Shown: in pieces, positions 42,401 through 43,566 of the stretch
How the letters are laid out: each line of letters opens with the position of its first letter
Numbering within the stretch: position 1 is the first letter of the stretch
Assembly: GCA_012520515.1 (NCBI GenBank)
Contig: JAAYOD010000027.1
Span: 920 to 64,919 of the forward strand
Length of the DNA: 64,000 nucleotides
Origin: Clostridiales bacterium
Lineage (GTDB): Bacteria; Bacillota; Clostridia; Christensenellales; DTU072
Direction: 5' to 3'
Translations under genes and position numbers: made by a program
Notes under the pieces: generated by a model
Seen by the model: only the letters and a program-made list of their open reading frames with translations
Told to the model about the DNA's origin: nothing
The model's database searches: none

Positions 42401-43566
42401 TTGGTGTTGGTAATATCCAAAACTCCGTTAAACTCTAAGTTAGTTAAGCTTCCCTTAACATAAGTAGTCCCCTTTCCCCTTTCTCCTAAGTTAAGACCGT
42501 CAAATCTTATAGACACGCTGTCTTTATTGCTTGCGGCAAGCTTAAATGGACTAACTTCAAAATTAAAGTCAAATTCGCCAGTATCTGTTACTATATCGAT
42601 ACCAAAGCCATTAAAAATATAATCTTGTTTTTGTGTGCCGTCAGCTTGATTGACTGTACCTAATTGAGTTACGGCATAGACATTAGTTGTCATAGACGGC
42701 CAGTCTTTTGCAATAATGCTGGCCAAGCTAAATCCAAACAGCTTCTCCATAAGCCCGTCAAGGTTGGGCAATCCAAAAGCTTCCCAGCCGATTATAAGCT
42801 CAAAAAACCCAGGTATGCTTATCTTTCCGCTAGTTATCATACCCATGATAAAATCAAGCTTTAGCCTTTGGTTTATGTACTGCATCTTTTCATCGGCGCT
42901 GTACTCCACTATGCAGTTAGAGTTGTCAAAGAGCATACCCCAAAGCAAAGGCACAAAGCTGGCAATAGCGTCAATGTCCACTTGCCCGTGCAAGCAGTGT
43001 CCCACAAACCTTACAATATCAATGTCAGCTTGGTCTAGCGTATCTGAAAGCAGCTTGCCCAAAGTAGCCATATTGAGCTGCTCTGTGTACATTCTCCTGC
43101 CGCCAATATTTAAATACAGTGTGGATTGTCCATAGTATATTCCAACCTTAACAGTGTCGCTGTAAACATCTTTAAGCTCAATAAATACATTGCTTCTGTT
43201 GTTATCTTTTAAGTTGATGTTAGCTTTTACTGTAAGGGAAAAATCGTCTTTTTTCTTTATAGCTTTGGAATAAACTTCGCCTACCTTTTGGTATTGAGTA
43301 AGCTGAAACCTTAAAACAAAATCGATATTATACCACTCAGGGTCTGTATAAATGGTGTTGTCCATATTACTGATGGACTTGCTTATGTAATCCCAAGCCG
43401 TAGCTTTGCTGACAGAAACTAAGCGGTTGGTAGGCCCGCTGTCAATGATAGGCCCTTTGCCTGTATCTGTATCCGTTTGCGGTCTTTCTGAGCACGCGAC
43501 AAGACTGGCCATTAAGGCTATACAAAAGACTAATATTAAAATTTTGAACAGTCTATGTCTTCGCAC
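7462..43566 (-). CDS. Giant (12,034 aa) lipoprotein-type cell-surface protein, modular, function unknown
   Basis: A single ORF of 36,105 nt with no in-frame stop. It has a GTG start 6 nt after AGGAG and an N-terminal lipoprotein signal peptide. The ORF track shows no alternative-frame ORF above 139 codons across the interval. The architecture is described in the sub-features. Confidence 0.9.
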   Translation of the reverse strand: MRRHRLFKILILVFCIALMASLVACSERPQTDTDTGKGPIIDSGPTNRLVSVSKATAWDYISKSISNMDNTIYTDPEWYNIDFVLRFQLTQYQKVGEVYSKAIKKKDDFSLTVKANINLKDNNRSNVFIELKDVYSDTVKVGIYYGQSTLYLNIGGRRMYTEQLNMATLGKLLSDTLDQADIDIVRFVGHCLHGQVDIDAIASFVPLLWGMLFDNSNCIVEYSADEKMQYINQRLKLDFIMGMITSGKISIPGFFELIIGWEAFGLPNLDGLMEKLFGFSLASIIAKDWPSMTTNVYAVTQLGTVNQADGTQKQDYIFNGFGIDIVTDTGEFDFNFEVSPFKLAASNKDSVSIRFDGLNLGERGKGTTYVKGSLTNLEFNGVLDITNTNPGEEVTLNSLLGNMLGDLGALGQMPLKLGDATSYRFDVNVALAIDLFDNENNYAKVAFSYNNVEIAAIYLVPDLEMRTGETVLMCTAYIDTHNLTSGGRQFLPQLRLPNINLTKLLAGDSEIPGLLSKFMRYIDPYYANTTSATRGNNAAADGEDGASFDIMKLIGILVETNSSDPQDFKYLHFPEGDDSKFSIDLDNYALNSILGMFIKDANVGIQGVSIGFDTASIFNSINLRLDITESLSLSLGIGEERADGTYSTGISYFVPPYMDLSAVGIDSEGNVMENAANLRANFRDMSGELKYGATIEGNITIGTNQSDGGVDFSGLVGAFIENTFVSLGIGAEGMRLPITYRIQAGLNLLKFSDTALLVDLYINDQEMLKFDPTYTLSHPYPFMSIYYSGISDELYIDTEPRLPDESGNKYDLATQLKAVFPLLNIVDGGLPKLVVPNVGIRKILSGINLDLGGIADMLGIANASFNLFENASVENGQVDIGDSESNNILKLIGDAIDGILIKDDVLNVMVNSQILSVVAGLAGIDFTSELPKVNGSLQFHLGTKWLRDEDGKVLYKYTDRKDENGEFILDEHGNRQQTAQLVDSEYIKLHLGILDSTNEDIEVIVLEICLIDTINLKKGNDIDFVGAFVASDFVSLEQYTKNLVVSVNLEITLQVDANKEILIPEQLNEYLGVLFGGEENSEGMLQDILKAIALQIDNDYWYDTGLKLGIALKGNININDLLKSDISLVIFDRSSQVNSGYKAFDNLIYQIILGVYITNDTAYIDLSYLGINPLSITQLKGTYNGAMALIWNNLYDATGHADIDEELYYNSKRNLLDMVYDDTVLEYFMDTFYPTNATARNYRTDSYKYIVRPKPSPKANDTNTLIYVYFKQHLDLYFDYDDFSNELIPLEDYSYDFSSMNIIVNRRNLSNGQYEYYATIEPVKASGATVVFDVDALEEERREIQKRVNDSMGIVDTDLDILFSNIIKASAYSNYNDIVERYSEIWDATYNSTKTPQSVLTLMDTQKGNWQVRSEDAEGNYIVVSTTDEILTFLEAVYLKSNAYKTLERTTSSILASEMRIDKDGIYGGKYKDMRIYEIRQTQEFQQLYIERLAQAVKEAVDSQYKARNISESELKAVTYYRIKNRRVMMENVVVAANASANRQPIVISQNSDIDEYNNQLNPSQNGALPTARFDANAAIPNQIPITLALQYNAHAISLVVGEAAITTLLKIAGAETIASIFRINELALKLDFNSGLDVDLSVVIEDTYTITVSIGNIRASLDPSKREDYKPIINTDEYKQTTDGVPDGIYVEASLELNLSNQTEDGSDKNAYDFTNAVSKIFSNSAFFKSELDEIYQTTKNNSSISASETTIKAAAWDALGEFLEANKDIDEDYEKKIKEKQSRYNAAATEIKTNIDKKPEYASSTPGDDIHKALAWDKLVGGAVLVVLDEIGMRIMAEFLGDQDASLLFHIQAWLDFDNIYKSIFKITVTRIIAQNDQSDVVLTVIYDGTSAGVNDATLTGDIYISTQLFGIGNVVIKNLDNVFQGIMDVFDNTFITDLLDTDLIKDITKIIDNIGKDSENEESEEPDPSQNSSASMAVKNAAVQSVARAYIQFMLKDGNIKIGIAKAAVVEVLNVLGLDLSQSFEEMEFGLEAYLRFKEELTLGAKIYLDKAGNVVLDGENYATEMGIKVGGINVGFDKQEIDIVQTVEQDGETKYYYDNELVDYDEMEELTNVGIALSGVTSFELIVDENSNNSIYNFDYVVSMFTRYWLNGRDPEIGMQLHMDNVDIFSQATYFNISANINLDTLKNLKNIEIFLSLTSKTNQEEYESEYNKNLRSVLNDVLRKSKYNKAEAYVAYKNLLGITGDTDGVAMLEEMERSLSSEIAHLTSNAEINAYYWNEVMGRAGDYLLGDVASIYFIIDDEGILDVYIDLAFLNADAIRIADARSILKVIAAEFGIILDDEATPSGSEQDIKNAAMNAPGAASAIAKHIVLSVATGNEVQPLLLKVTGAAIFGLLQAMGLDLERYFGAYTPSIELELLNNQEILNLNIILEDLFSLKAAINYPKINLTNSISQAIEKRKYTTIDENWDADIKIFMEGELDLGALDPEDLGDNLGHLSTINFGELLRGLLGDESFALDVILKTINSVALNLNFRLEAKINIVKLYSQIKMYLEEMKEYDKLSEAQKTQTAKPSINLAALGVEAYLEITGKFRLDESEEEKLIIGIYLIPQGDTLNLYLDLNALNMGRVKISDIQNTATALTNRISDLFTKDDDSSDEEEEVTKYNFEGTLGEVLAVIKMRNQVEENIDKTKTYEYYNASDINGGQGSFENDIRNAAGLPDGAVAFTDYIKGVIGNSYGFTVTAAANVLIKILNEAFNDEKSRSVRSFRALIENIIREDQVADINAIYSKIQTMDEALVLYDLSKADAWSYLVGEIFGEAERIEAQNTYATAQEVLQDIYEDGYAYVRYNPDTKKDETVEVDGILTVYNNMVGHLSNAMVDIETYNQYLSEYNKLLNAYNKLLENDVDLYPETITAQEKTPPSEPAPITTVNIRTRAWNKYYENLHAQAERAEQLLGLDLENEVLAYAREYTAYFVKGISLENLVREARAKLNAMNEAVEKARAYADERLARGEISQAQRQQEEDMFAYDYFTGKNTWNSEDAKLYVSLYTIHKASNNNNDIIGKQRAWQDIKQTISSVYSTIIDAMTAVNAIMVEQDSDYQLSAGAFIINDGLYEEYNHTQSLIWKATVWDIILDTLCASDDRKLIIVDDTEDSGTMPEPTPPKSDDDLSRADILERLSKYNMHTDYYLVTMLTDVANARRSITKTEYLYTAWKYYYQDVQRVLSGADGYIYQYIFNYEYDSNGKIIAAVPATETKEINGVTIEMIKMAAIQINNEKEYKNNVYQNQLSYLDALYVDSADKTAENIITAAGDYGQIQLNILYNNSLIGVEGEVANLNIGINFITAGLNINDNDLTKRVKKIEENEFGEISETEVMQVIDSEYLDSLGFVEIDETFTYIYASMDIDFSWDMAENAKYDFSDLIASMLGGIEFNHNTISLAPVLQVLDGIKGEFRIRLEAKINLFDIINGSDASITLFKLEDNGEYKQLLQIIYGTHDEGSFVYVDAESFNIQKLYIVDAIDYVRSLLRNSPYPVGIDYNEEGSLSRFVVAAMSKAYLEQDINSGAQNAAGSQHPSIDLLIKDSGFVVQIGANAIYSLLSFLGMGDVRSMISKIGEPGIEINVFGQDLFEFNLELFSITESGQAVQSQYIRLGVALNNVTLSLDQDAQISFDEQRDLEWDANGDPVGFARMREQLPPVRIETTILLDLDANEYSTEGAGSVPLDELEPLKSLLKLKQGDGDDYLLLYTILDIALLIKGNTKMTIAVDIKANLDFGDGTNTDYLQNLIDNSEIQIQLRVYRDANGIVINSNRVYATITYYEQNLYIDLSNLGGDKIYIEKVGEKIFGSSAQNSALNAAILDLKNAFGNSAKIGASIDITSSGLFLIVRKAAIVSLMQILGLSGFDMFDEAAVQLYIIGKEKGENDFGNSLRVGLQIGVGTNSMQPGVVDPNGNVDLNEILGIGVCLDGILVGFTKADLAVSGTEEYKKIGVVDTLYVTTHLALSLTADSGVYTFGQLLKMLLANSTLGFERDLAPVLELVEDLDSSLYLGVSLTVNINAILDELQAQIGLYRNYADSVNKTNALILLTYIRGDVYIDTSGISSGNFFLGKVKLSNIMDIIEILTSSGDESNLAFIEDMNDYQGLMNPQNRSSVYDDLDAVVATARLVIDVINGVMVELVDNVLITIADALLDLRDADNNKIYLSDYVKGITMPELTVGVTNSATIYIDIGLPSAVYNDSEYIAFTEILNKTKSDYLMDDIWVEYDNDDWKEILKDNDLYKLYSISNEEKIEYVNNWLKGRTDAADICQEFIGAFSSRHDKLTLGDIKALVFNYIVILAYKDISDATSTMFSLSFEREESVLAPKLIAYYNDHLKQLAWNQYYQYLVANDDMAMVNVMNTMLQEQNGNKTLAYNMFVASPALTRTQREALAIYYNENANKKDIDKLFDIAPDQGTAYIELIINLVSSIFIRQNAWLTYLERHIYQSAAGEYIYTGLYEEMYRYQKAYAWDAYYETAYTYEKALMLNALQYAQARYGTNHSAHVIKAYAFDKFKEYLAEFASLMETGLLEDNVHILKYIIYYQSMLAYYGADYDVTVGENYLTSDEMYDVLIKTVEGIQEYNLANSIMLNQYKETAIAYDLIFERDNLYITVTDIYQDVANASTPSEIVKDIRARIARKLGQSELSKISNQFADLIVNQSDSATCASRFVARVNGTWSASLQEYIVDSQELNELLASYKTGAYSIKETSWNRLVEYELASIIHTDINLNGEGGDSPFENSNNLQGSQNSFEYNIKKYFEQKGYTITINNLLPLYLAYAELSVSGGQEYVTYFEQAKAYTDNLVTQNYAYFVNICNDYGYGEDGYLVDIYKAVRTFARLIKIFDEHNIVLQQSLMERLVAIANKDFTNLSASAYLEFMSDYKGISQEDNQKLLANINYIYNMYSYLLDTEKDVYTATLSQVNQSLRLLLQLDSIEQNAIRFKGSVDIIDIEQLPKVHLYLAYYEILSRIGENNEHVVWVNNFLDGELAGQIAPEKYSLAAIKLNLLLDRLQSQGQDELVEYCLQIIREFLASQFQNLSIEVWQARMVDELYTHSTLNEAETAAEVGRITQLLYRLRDKNHAKRIAWDNAYFYQSTQQAVKQLNDIINSIVFERLYSSDNYLVVLNDIMIKAYTNEIDTELNAIFAQLGAYSLENVQDILRYDQGLQAESSAYYLDIVAKKNYLDSQLSAVMSNISGQAYSQWTIIEKAIAFRDIINVASQNPQSLIAEITNYIAIYQREIKNFIAENFDLVLALGAQAISASVSFYDEYLIALYNELYARISNYLSFIEAAQNPESILYGIEQNPTPSAKSLFDFAMLISQAVENGEIVIASADLALYNFVDTLIADHIEIISYNLEVLPQSAKLQIAEYLLVKLYHGTYNFVSGVLATRFEDFVQSLYNIANNNYNLVMDQFELDLCSLFAAYFDNIYNINAELVEAVSYAQAHGATNSQKMYEFLFTSKLNGYSFGSIIDGYTVIFRRYNEVNFDSLYLRSANFANAFDAIYNNIKSEIYNNNPSLIGLITEVEYNEQISQGQRTAALIEKIRNTGLDITVQLSNYIDEYQSVYAALFTDRSLLTVDILQTYLSDMEEYYKTSFGSDWQHTKDKLDIVDEILNAPDAQDIRSYIISSCGFVEKSNFLSTYLNMVGKLSNKQLVDLGKLTLNQIIVGDIATNIDTDMSHLISALGSYSLVNAWSILGFDEAFRQQSAQLFDEIIDYKDRYQNQLSTAMSSVNGQSYATWKVYDRAFAMNSYSEKEKLNSDGIAEIMAISNSYTRAEAITLLSVYDKVTKLIDSSILNQDAISFVTSLDSVLAEALVQRLQAYQEVINASIDTYSYQIKQLSSAKIFELYNIVNSALDAQEFVLLTEDIDLYLAIEHIVQNYGDIESMTDAVKIDTAFMVAKQLFAGDYILTTSIDNLVNAFVESYVAKCNQNSAQYRALSIELDKYILLENYQKVNSVLNSVSLNNAASIFVTEFMELMSATLHASLLSYTEGQLLSELNAVAATNIDSIVAIITSFGAGNIPLNSVDSQYYNIAVRLINACGAYANWNNQARFKAACILSLDCFVGNYTLGADLNTLWTDFVELYYEKCVENLAAYNNVIAEIGIETLVSNGAKYFEQIKDIIDNLTLIAEGIAATGKESYANMFRLAQSIEGHFDSLIDNYADIYESNANISYQSMIYRNVTAARELADIYNELRDVAMSEPSVLAIFIALESSWQLSVEDKALYLPGVVEAIMATASDLTNYQLALAKYEEIKYSGFAKAFSELYNEIIQLASLSPSLVHIVNDAQMENKGDVILEALYLPTLIQNIRESGAAINMLLSSALSKADAYLGSIFLERNLLTREIVEKTLGDYKDMEEFNKIVSDLTLIEKINNANNLTELREAMSLSSQYLKAVSFPGSFMGVVNFMGSSELESLISNSIIVVSTFNDVYLKAEEKRFDQANVRLGIKILGEVDGNLSTSVKVDVKSTYIDENGKPTSTIKDLIDDQEKETYTEYSDLTLRVNINATLSNLLLKGSLNMQDVLNAINFGSLINMEDLTVDLDVAFLESHTLQVTISGALGINFKDLFSQDINKINNSIIGDITLTYMLIDHDTSGHIPRFKQIIVHVWIYGNQIYVQGEVFDSKLNLNISDFNLGELLLSNLGVDYLSSQEDQEQNQAVAAINSDIIKAYTNGREDLNAFEQLYLLKNSAENVPLSNAVEALVRMTKQDTSLILTVDLLVEVMNALLSGQDFQADYYDILSMLLTRSGISIEYGQDFGLNVNLSKTGDTAKGEAGYEFDLTLLHDTLISLDRQEYNTLHQALELKESLDEFRDFFKIDEIANRFAIKFSLTLEADMLRHILDWSALFKKEQFSTIFQLRFLKDLKGKLRLDFAVDIDLSLTALDFMVSGYNSHDVNIFNIYFVGGRINYETGDGSEWDPKIYINGGDAHDTKIVLTPEAGHNFLNLNFVNMFFMLINSESRYDIVQNASYNASGDELEEGESLGSFANVDWGSIFDSITFGKGTIGIKLASSLLQAIISGMFNLDFEQLGNITLQLDFVNNELLLNIPIDAPILDGQDNEVVPSKLNFSIGIGKVNINLGPSRLFFGEKQETLFTGYQQFDTFIWVSEVNSSLHINDDFNTVIDITQITSFLIDNLGLRIMGTEELDIQIDFALRTYIDFADLSRFRLELEILWGDGKRILDLAYIGRPENSSSTGDVYVDLSGLGLPKITVTNIDLGSLIKEILGKLDDEPLESVENASFSAPINDVDNTQSDAEKVASNYPSIKDMPFGSNMLLFMCSSEEVSIAITGALLLSLLDSLNHTTNGALPEIINHIPVFSYLKVGRDDNDNVTGIQLVLDENRQFTIKYNFNKSYTHLVNRYNLNTIDDMVIVGDNIDKNSYTNIDKLENLHLSATMDITINTVDPKTNGKSQTVRDLEDFLEKLLDVQPDTILLDLQDTIMTFTINLELGIDLKDFNNSIIKVEIYYNDEVLFGIYYVDGIAYLDLSTLGLFKLSLNGVDIAGLLFSLLSGTDLIGPDGVDVSGLLGNLLDASQNTESTKNTLKSSSYQNIGEIRLELNEEAFDYLFDFRNSGSITDGNYEDIAVKIGRVEHLLTRYLKLLKEQDYVDIDDLERVSRELQDYSGSVSYIEEIYQLVKDLDVENMLPEEIQSVQEEIIETLDKVDIGVSAISAKQKFLLGLEFAKIDYYLDANAVYKEFLEELKLRDKKEDTTTKTQTTGIVSLYLTNKTLTLSPNSAAINALMPGLGLPELDSIKFVMNTYEGMTNFEGTIKIDSQNNRLQLTVPTNGLVIKINDGVGEGILGTNIPMSELITLPSDLDGYGGTGGLSVNANGVNLNMLGLINGVFDGIMINGLSIYLDKRTDYWERKEYFDRYPAVHATGPYSYADDDAPYDGSEMATSAEVLGAIGPLIKTITALAGIIGGDLSKIRDLIENGSDLINGAQGENLTPGLFYRYQYARGKLKLTKSVTNNIDIEIQTLTYTQGTIYAHVENHALLVTLSNQFNLDLKIYKLPLAGIINGLAGPEFDNPGVALPIVLFPDSLLGGGNIAQTGDTGRIHGRVLESADGEEIPVENAVVVYTTGGNKTYRTTTDKDGYFYFLEIPITQKATGTMLLDHLDKKTITMEYDGNLMYFTDGNINYVKKKGDVNYYIVQDRGNIAIYKEGYSSYFVEDLLIQPAELSQSHRINATLVNSKNSIANTVTLTGKTYYYSGTSSNPSNQELVNSANLTAVSNIKVIHNGGANSVISGKMAGAGSFNLDITVYQELIEHYNGENDLYHNFSCKLEGYELIAIRYNGSVYYTAQDLNALINSTATNGGGTVSVDFIMKKDKVRSVTFSGTIKAYDEVEQKWIVPSSDDYEIWITYQSKTMGVVDYYDLSPENYNINVDKDGNFSFTAIEDTSTTPATRGFDLEKVGEISYVFKIRSTKYDNLNIAATGLQKGDSMSFVATQDSSDTTRATQGIISLTETYTQDSVTYASNFNVDVNLGERKKHWADDIKNNSLIQRIRIRLGADIIDGEYHDEGDNGNQAYDNSYKDVLDNIQYEVSKVADRYNSYTYIELWLDSDSLNTILLGALGMLYNMIGLTDVAANTTISAEDISLKDKTKSEDFNPSFYTDEELLIKREKLVSDFVDRWRGRYNEAQDIRIGDKVYTVRGAYLQAVNSAGTKLSAGLVHFLICEYGLTMIKGGHITLPFTDQPISVNDFVGFALYSPKVYTELIGMIPYAGGVLSTILSTVFEGIDKLLEDVSTLLAHVLPIQSAYSLFGSKDMPGSPLSSYKTYFDNDGQVVQLANVAVSDGSLKSVNIIRDVNTYDMSVYAKITLNSSAQAGYLERITLFLNGASFSQASELQDLDDDYHEKNQMDPFFAMQGGDWNYEYWKSTGKVGKFFTKTTSYETIRTPVADITTDDGDPVGEYYHNITLRNQGVTDIDRLFTKERDSLSEYETYEVIDEQGNKTSEYMMYDIVQTDSGKVFASDVAYHDDPSATYSIKSVDIKHMVIIREGEITGNVYFTDSTFTNVQTTYSAYPVYVDENFKLTTDTGNGNVRCTTEMFMQYWIANTNYNSYAVINEYYIDPYTDEKVIYNQHFIYDNEANPKEDIYQEIDIANNGIGFRKVADVSFTNDKFYYIAYDKLTEIWTKKRYLPPTSITFHDPFDMTDFTAFGGTWANSDGATGERRNIDPSISLVDILPNRYYANFTDGTSKGTQGVNIAWDVSALSFDALGTGDGTERLKGYIGNAVYSTIAVKVEPFKIDITDENAPPILQELTEIEIDPYNFDHDQFINSLPEFFYYEYTSGIGEKTKTKTYLFNDLVWSLDYQVIDGAMKFTSLDYSNGNKNTYIDLSFRAYGEDNTGASFASNTPYTNIQIPIKVKDYTVKQVEKAVEGSVGGIVNDEKTPSSYHGNISFNALNADDPYGIMKAIADGTMVEKEDGTMEIVPNAFDKVMVNHTYLDESTGKYVNTVIDNWEIVLGSFRVLRNADGSSLASYDNTNSEEQEYTVTYKVRDGIGNTQTIKILVRIESNEINNDLSYVYKDGAKVLLGSNEAVEIITPYTSNRNASLMERLSLAKDIYVVYASGYEEKASLGDDYTITTEIVAMPSQNEQRYTLTSVTIIKGDDFSYVIPNMDYKANKDYTVYAVIGKLGYTQVEMDLLITEKLFDNLNRQYSENRAITKAYDMLEASLNKYEKSLLKNILVSVRNDKVRAWNTWYNRYLDEESIYHSPADALKMDIMLAKAKLTYLNISYNEAKVLAYRQFVSDNTITVTNPITRVASVAIEKVYDEIVASNPELSVDTLQRMTFDAWYNDYTRKYCTLTRRVESRVAIGAETVTISRTNGILNELADNANIWFQNQDQTINTEVVWLIKALGIDISDSYDGMLLNSDIILKDNLLGNQLVRGVGIQVSQVIIEGIQIGNDRAIAINAYDESTIDQFLNFNYYNCDLSGNTNAFYISIMLGNSGGSILDIPSGAQGFNSAIWELATTSQEYTGVHNTDLDKLYKVKWSYVDDTNNNGDYTDDGLTYHNNGQIGAHKIQITVQNKGYDTNPNWRSNVIIDLTKVSKFYDGSYPITNIQADATITDIAIVNDNISVTKDATYQGQNARYILALDPSKVDLSEVITFKVTFANGSTMDLDGYIDIPEDNTEFYNKASLTVANGLVFGDKHNNKQSFDVVLRNTALREFTEISSIMYKNSQGEVIDLSTDFLCGAYDNLENYLPVTATIEGVRNNHLDQETLSVTFRNIEKYYSDGLTAQGTKPKATAYIGDKTFGYVLREVSLNIYAEELISIESIVYKDGTEEDYEKAKSINVDPYGAINIEWLQENYTRARIKTNMLADGQEPILGVEKIVSLNLNMQDIDLEDYANVNGNNFAAKSYTVNHGMGNTVENGADGSFDIRFYGTISVNLVDSNITSLSIYKGDEEISHTDPTMSYDLEGTIYNPFNFNSPDYKYKITYASGMRELVTGQNIVWKNLDNIIYNEHGGVYTVQALISAGSISQTIEVRVKVNKAIATDIVVIHGQENVEYNYLNMAPDNTLLNLEIEPYDGFVKLPEKVLVKLEGDEENTTQEVFVEWHYQDILSRMTIAGGSYTKANNRAAKATIYVLVDSYDENGNLVKVRAGEQTLDVDVIVKDRSIKHYEVSYDGQNYIALEDLVYSAKYNSDYYTNELLINPYTLQNAIIADQKFNTNAWTYSENFGERIHKYRYLDEDRKEVKGTITSIADDQNITYFDKNKVIVIAKYNEKTDSYNYYEKDGRTPASQVHLSMILGIYESQDNFAYFTSVRVACNGKDFEGNDYYRYYTLRKDNYVIYDSDKQGKTLTTDLYKGRNVTLEITVGEAMVDGINKNSLTCAQDALSLRVAPLKNANGDFEKDLRVRILDMSYQSGLDKDIYYVDIYGLIDSFDTSVVYPEKGLTQREILGKDSVKYFRTDGGVREEIVKYTFDNIYYNGDNINDIYFEIISMSGSGETFSVELKELRRSGGKINCSGGVGKLVVTFGNDDESFAGGKQVFNIPICYVDRSIEQIMFNEDNAPNFTTFANSSNELVSGFEFDPFLVYNNSVNGFAQFEQGYLKTGQYGVKLKLRASDYDIYTGTHITVLEKGVHYIYFDLIADQPGSDKLGLRFNDSRVKFSYKGGYYTVDAVIGQGTARQSITYPVNIKSREIDKTKATMGFTPNVFKSDPNTFKIRVYDYIGQANINRALINDIFAVPTTEFQVYFVGFEDPFIYTLDRAATDQGEFKLTEEEQDHIMSFRMDTTQSINYKGGSLRFYMTIPGYGMGAKGQQEAEVLFQLAEQYVMFVNAAAENGQEYIGDDPYKLGQSMADYLKDGLSSDELDKLEEAFGYNKTENLYHITNPYYFILQDGIKMPDKVYAYVANKEVYEEYNHILANEGLNAQAKIDDLIQDHGSKISVYLVNSLWSGGSMGRVTINYNDTYRTTSFTMPIDDQVFKLRFKVDPLIFRTEGPIDAFTSTTTYGPDDIILLPTTSGVRRVVDGITYSNYLNVTYNTDGHNLLKDKDGNQVLDDEGNVVYDGNVVFDQYYSYVVHFTKPNGEEVVVTINDIDGGGTYRDNYNKWYFGAIKFGENNQYATMTLGGKGGQVIRWKFISTSTRKWINSNVPNLLADLSNTEFTLPKNLIQIFNTVGGTNIQRTAASDYIPIEYYNLRSATSDTMGKYGINIDASDYSFTMNASTYSNVQSVDFGKKVLEDKSEVQILNDNQIALLDWTVLGRRAYPSYSKKVGGTIIISGIGSTTITYITPPKTGLIDGLLTEYTSGFSEAYISDVDSNIHNLYAPNTNETSINDNTNINYVNAGQGVSPNYEYPSGRWGANSANRIIYNSNTGTTTQTVLPTIKVLQGSKFELHNLPILGMNYIYGKERNPRLLGATTYSRGNDITGMYLPWYKADVYEIISQDFGIVNGEFYGTKRKLSDGDNDFMFIDTCASDGTNYLLTCNFELQLITEDDPEILRKSADNGTGGSLARRNALFTIHIIITIVESF
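19027..19278 (-). other. Carboxypeptidase-regulatory-like (transthyretin-like beta-sandwich) domain
   Basis: GRIHGRVLESADGEEIPVENAVVVYTTGGNKTYRTTTDKDGYFYFLEIP (G8097 at nt 19276-19278) fits the G.V.d..G.Pi..A.V......t.TD..G.F.f..l pattern of CarboxypepD_reg domains. A second, similar unit lies at 18241-18450 (VTFSGTIKAYDE...VDKDGNFSFTAIED). Confidence 0.6.
19380..23640 (-). repeat. Six further copies of the beta-rich module (second block, after the helical core)
   Basis: I-Y anchors lie at aa ~6651 (HVWIYGNQIYVQGEVFDSKLNLNISDFNLGELL), 6942, 7227/7241 (GDVYVDLSGLGLPKITVTNIDLGSLI, 21781-21860), 7517 (FGIYYVDGIAYLDLSTLGLFKLSLNGVDIAGLL, 20941-21030), 7765 and 8028. Spacing is ~250-300 aa. Confidence 0.65.
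24145..30850 (-). other. Alpha-helical core region (aa ~4240-6475), rich in A/L/Y/N/E/Q
   Basis: The translation changes character at ...SEYIAFTEILNKTKSDY (aa 4243, nt 30840) and again at ...STFNDVYLKAEEKRFDQ (aa ~6475, nt ~24145). Between these points there are no beta-module signatures, only long amphipathic heptad-like stretches (for example AYAWDAYYETAYTYEKALMLNALQYAQARY). The helical assignment is by composition only. Confidence 0.55.
24190..28120 (-). repeat. Divergent tandem duplication inside the helical core (units of ~538 and ~767 aa)
   Basis: FAQLGAYSLENVQDILRYDQGLQAESSAYYLDIV...SAVMSNISGQAYSQWTIIEKAIAF (from aa 5183, nt 28020) aligns with ISALGSYSLVNAWSILGFDEAFRQQSAQLFDEII...STAMSSVNGQSYATWKVYDRAFAM (G5725). 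The offset is 538 aa. AALFTDRSLLTVDILQTYLSDMEEY (F5609) aligns with GSIFLERNLLTREIVEKTLGDYKDMEEF (F6376), an offset of 767 aa. The sub-motif KLYHGTYNFV..FVQSLY / QLFAGDYILT..FVESYV / CFVGNYTLGA..FVELYY occurs three times. The nucleotide sequences are diverged. Confidence 0.7.
30850..43150 (-). repeat. Ten divergent copies of a ~300-aa beta-rich module (N-terminal block)
   Basis: Each copy has a recurring protein signature. It starts with h.h.L.A.INL.d (FSLTVKANINL, YFNISANINL, FRLEAKINIV, FRIRLEAKINLF, VDIKANLDF, LTVNINAIL). About 40-60 aa later comes h-I-Y-Y...(L/V)-Y-(I/L)-D-(L/T)-S..LG..KI.I....L..LL. The I-Y anchors are at aa ~143, 457, 785, 1155, 1888, 2300, 2610, 3496, 3821 and 4091. 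Examples: TAYIDLSYLGINPLSITQL (40021-40110), NLYLDLNALNMGRVKISDI (near 35650-35760), NLYIDLSNLGGDKIYIEKV (32041-32120), DVYIDTSGISSGNFFLGKVKLSNI (near 31200-31320). Confidence 0.7.
43492..43566 (-). other. Lipoprotein signal peptide with lipobox (LVA-C25)
   Basis: MRRHRLFKILILVFCIALMASLVAC|SERPQ has a basic n-region, a hydrophobic core and an L-V-A-C lipobox. The Cys25 codon is at 43492-43494. Confidence 0.8.
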
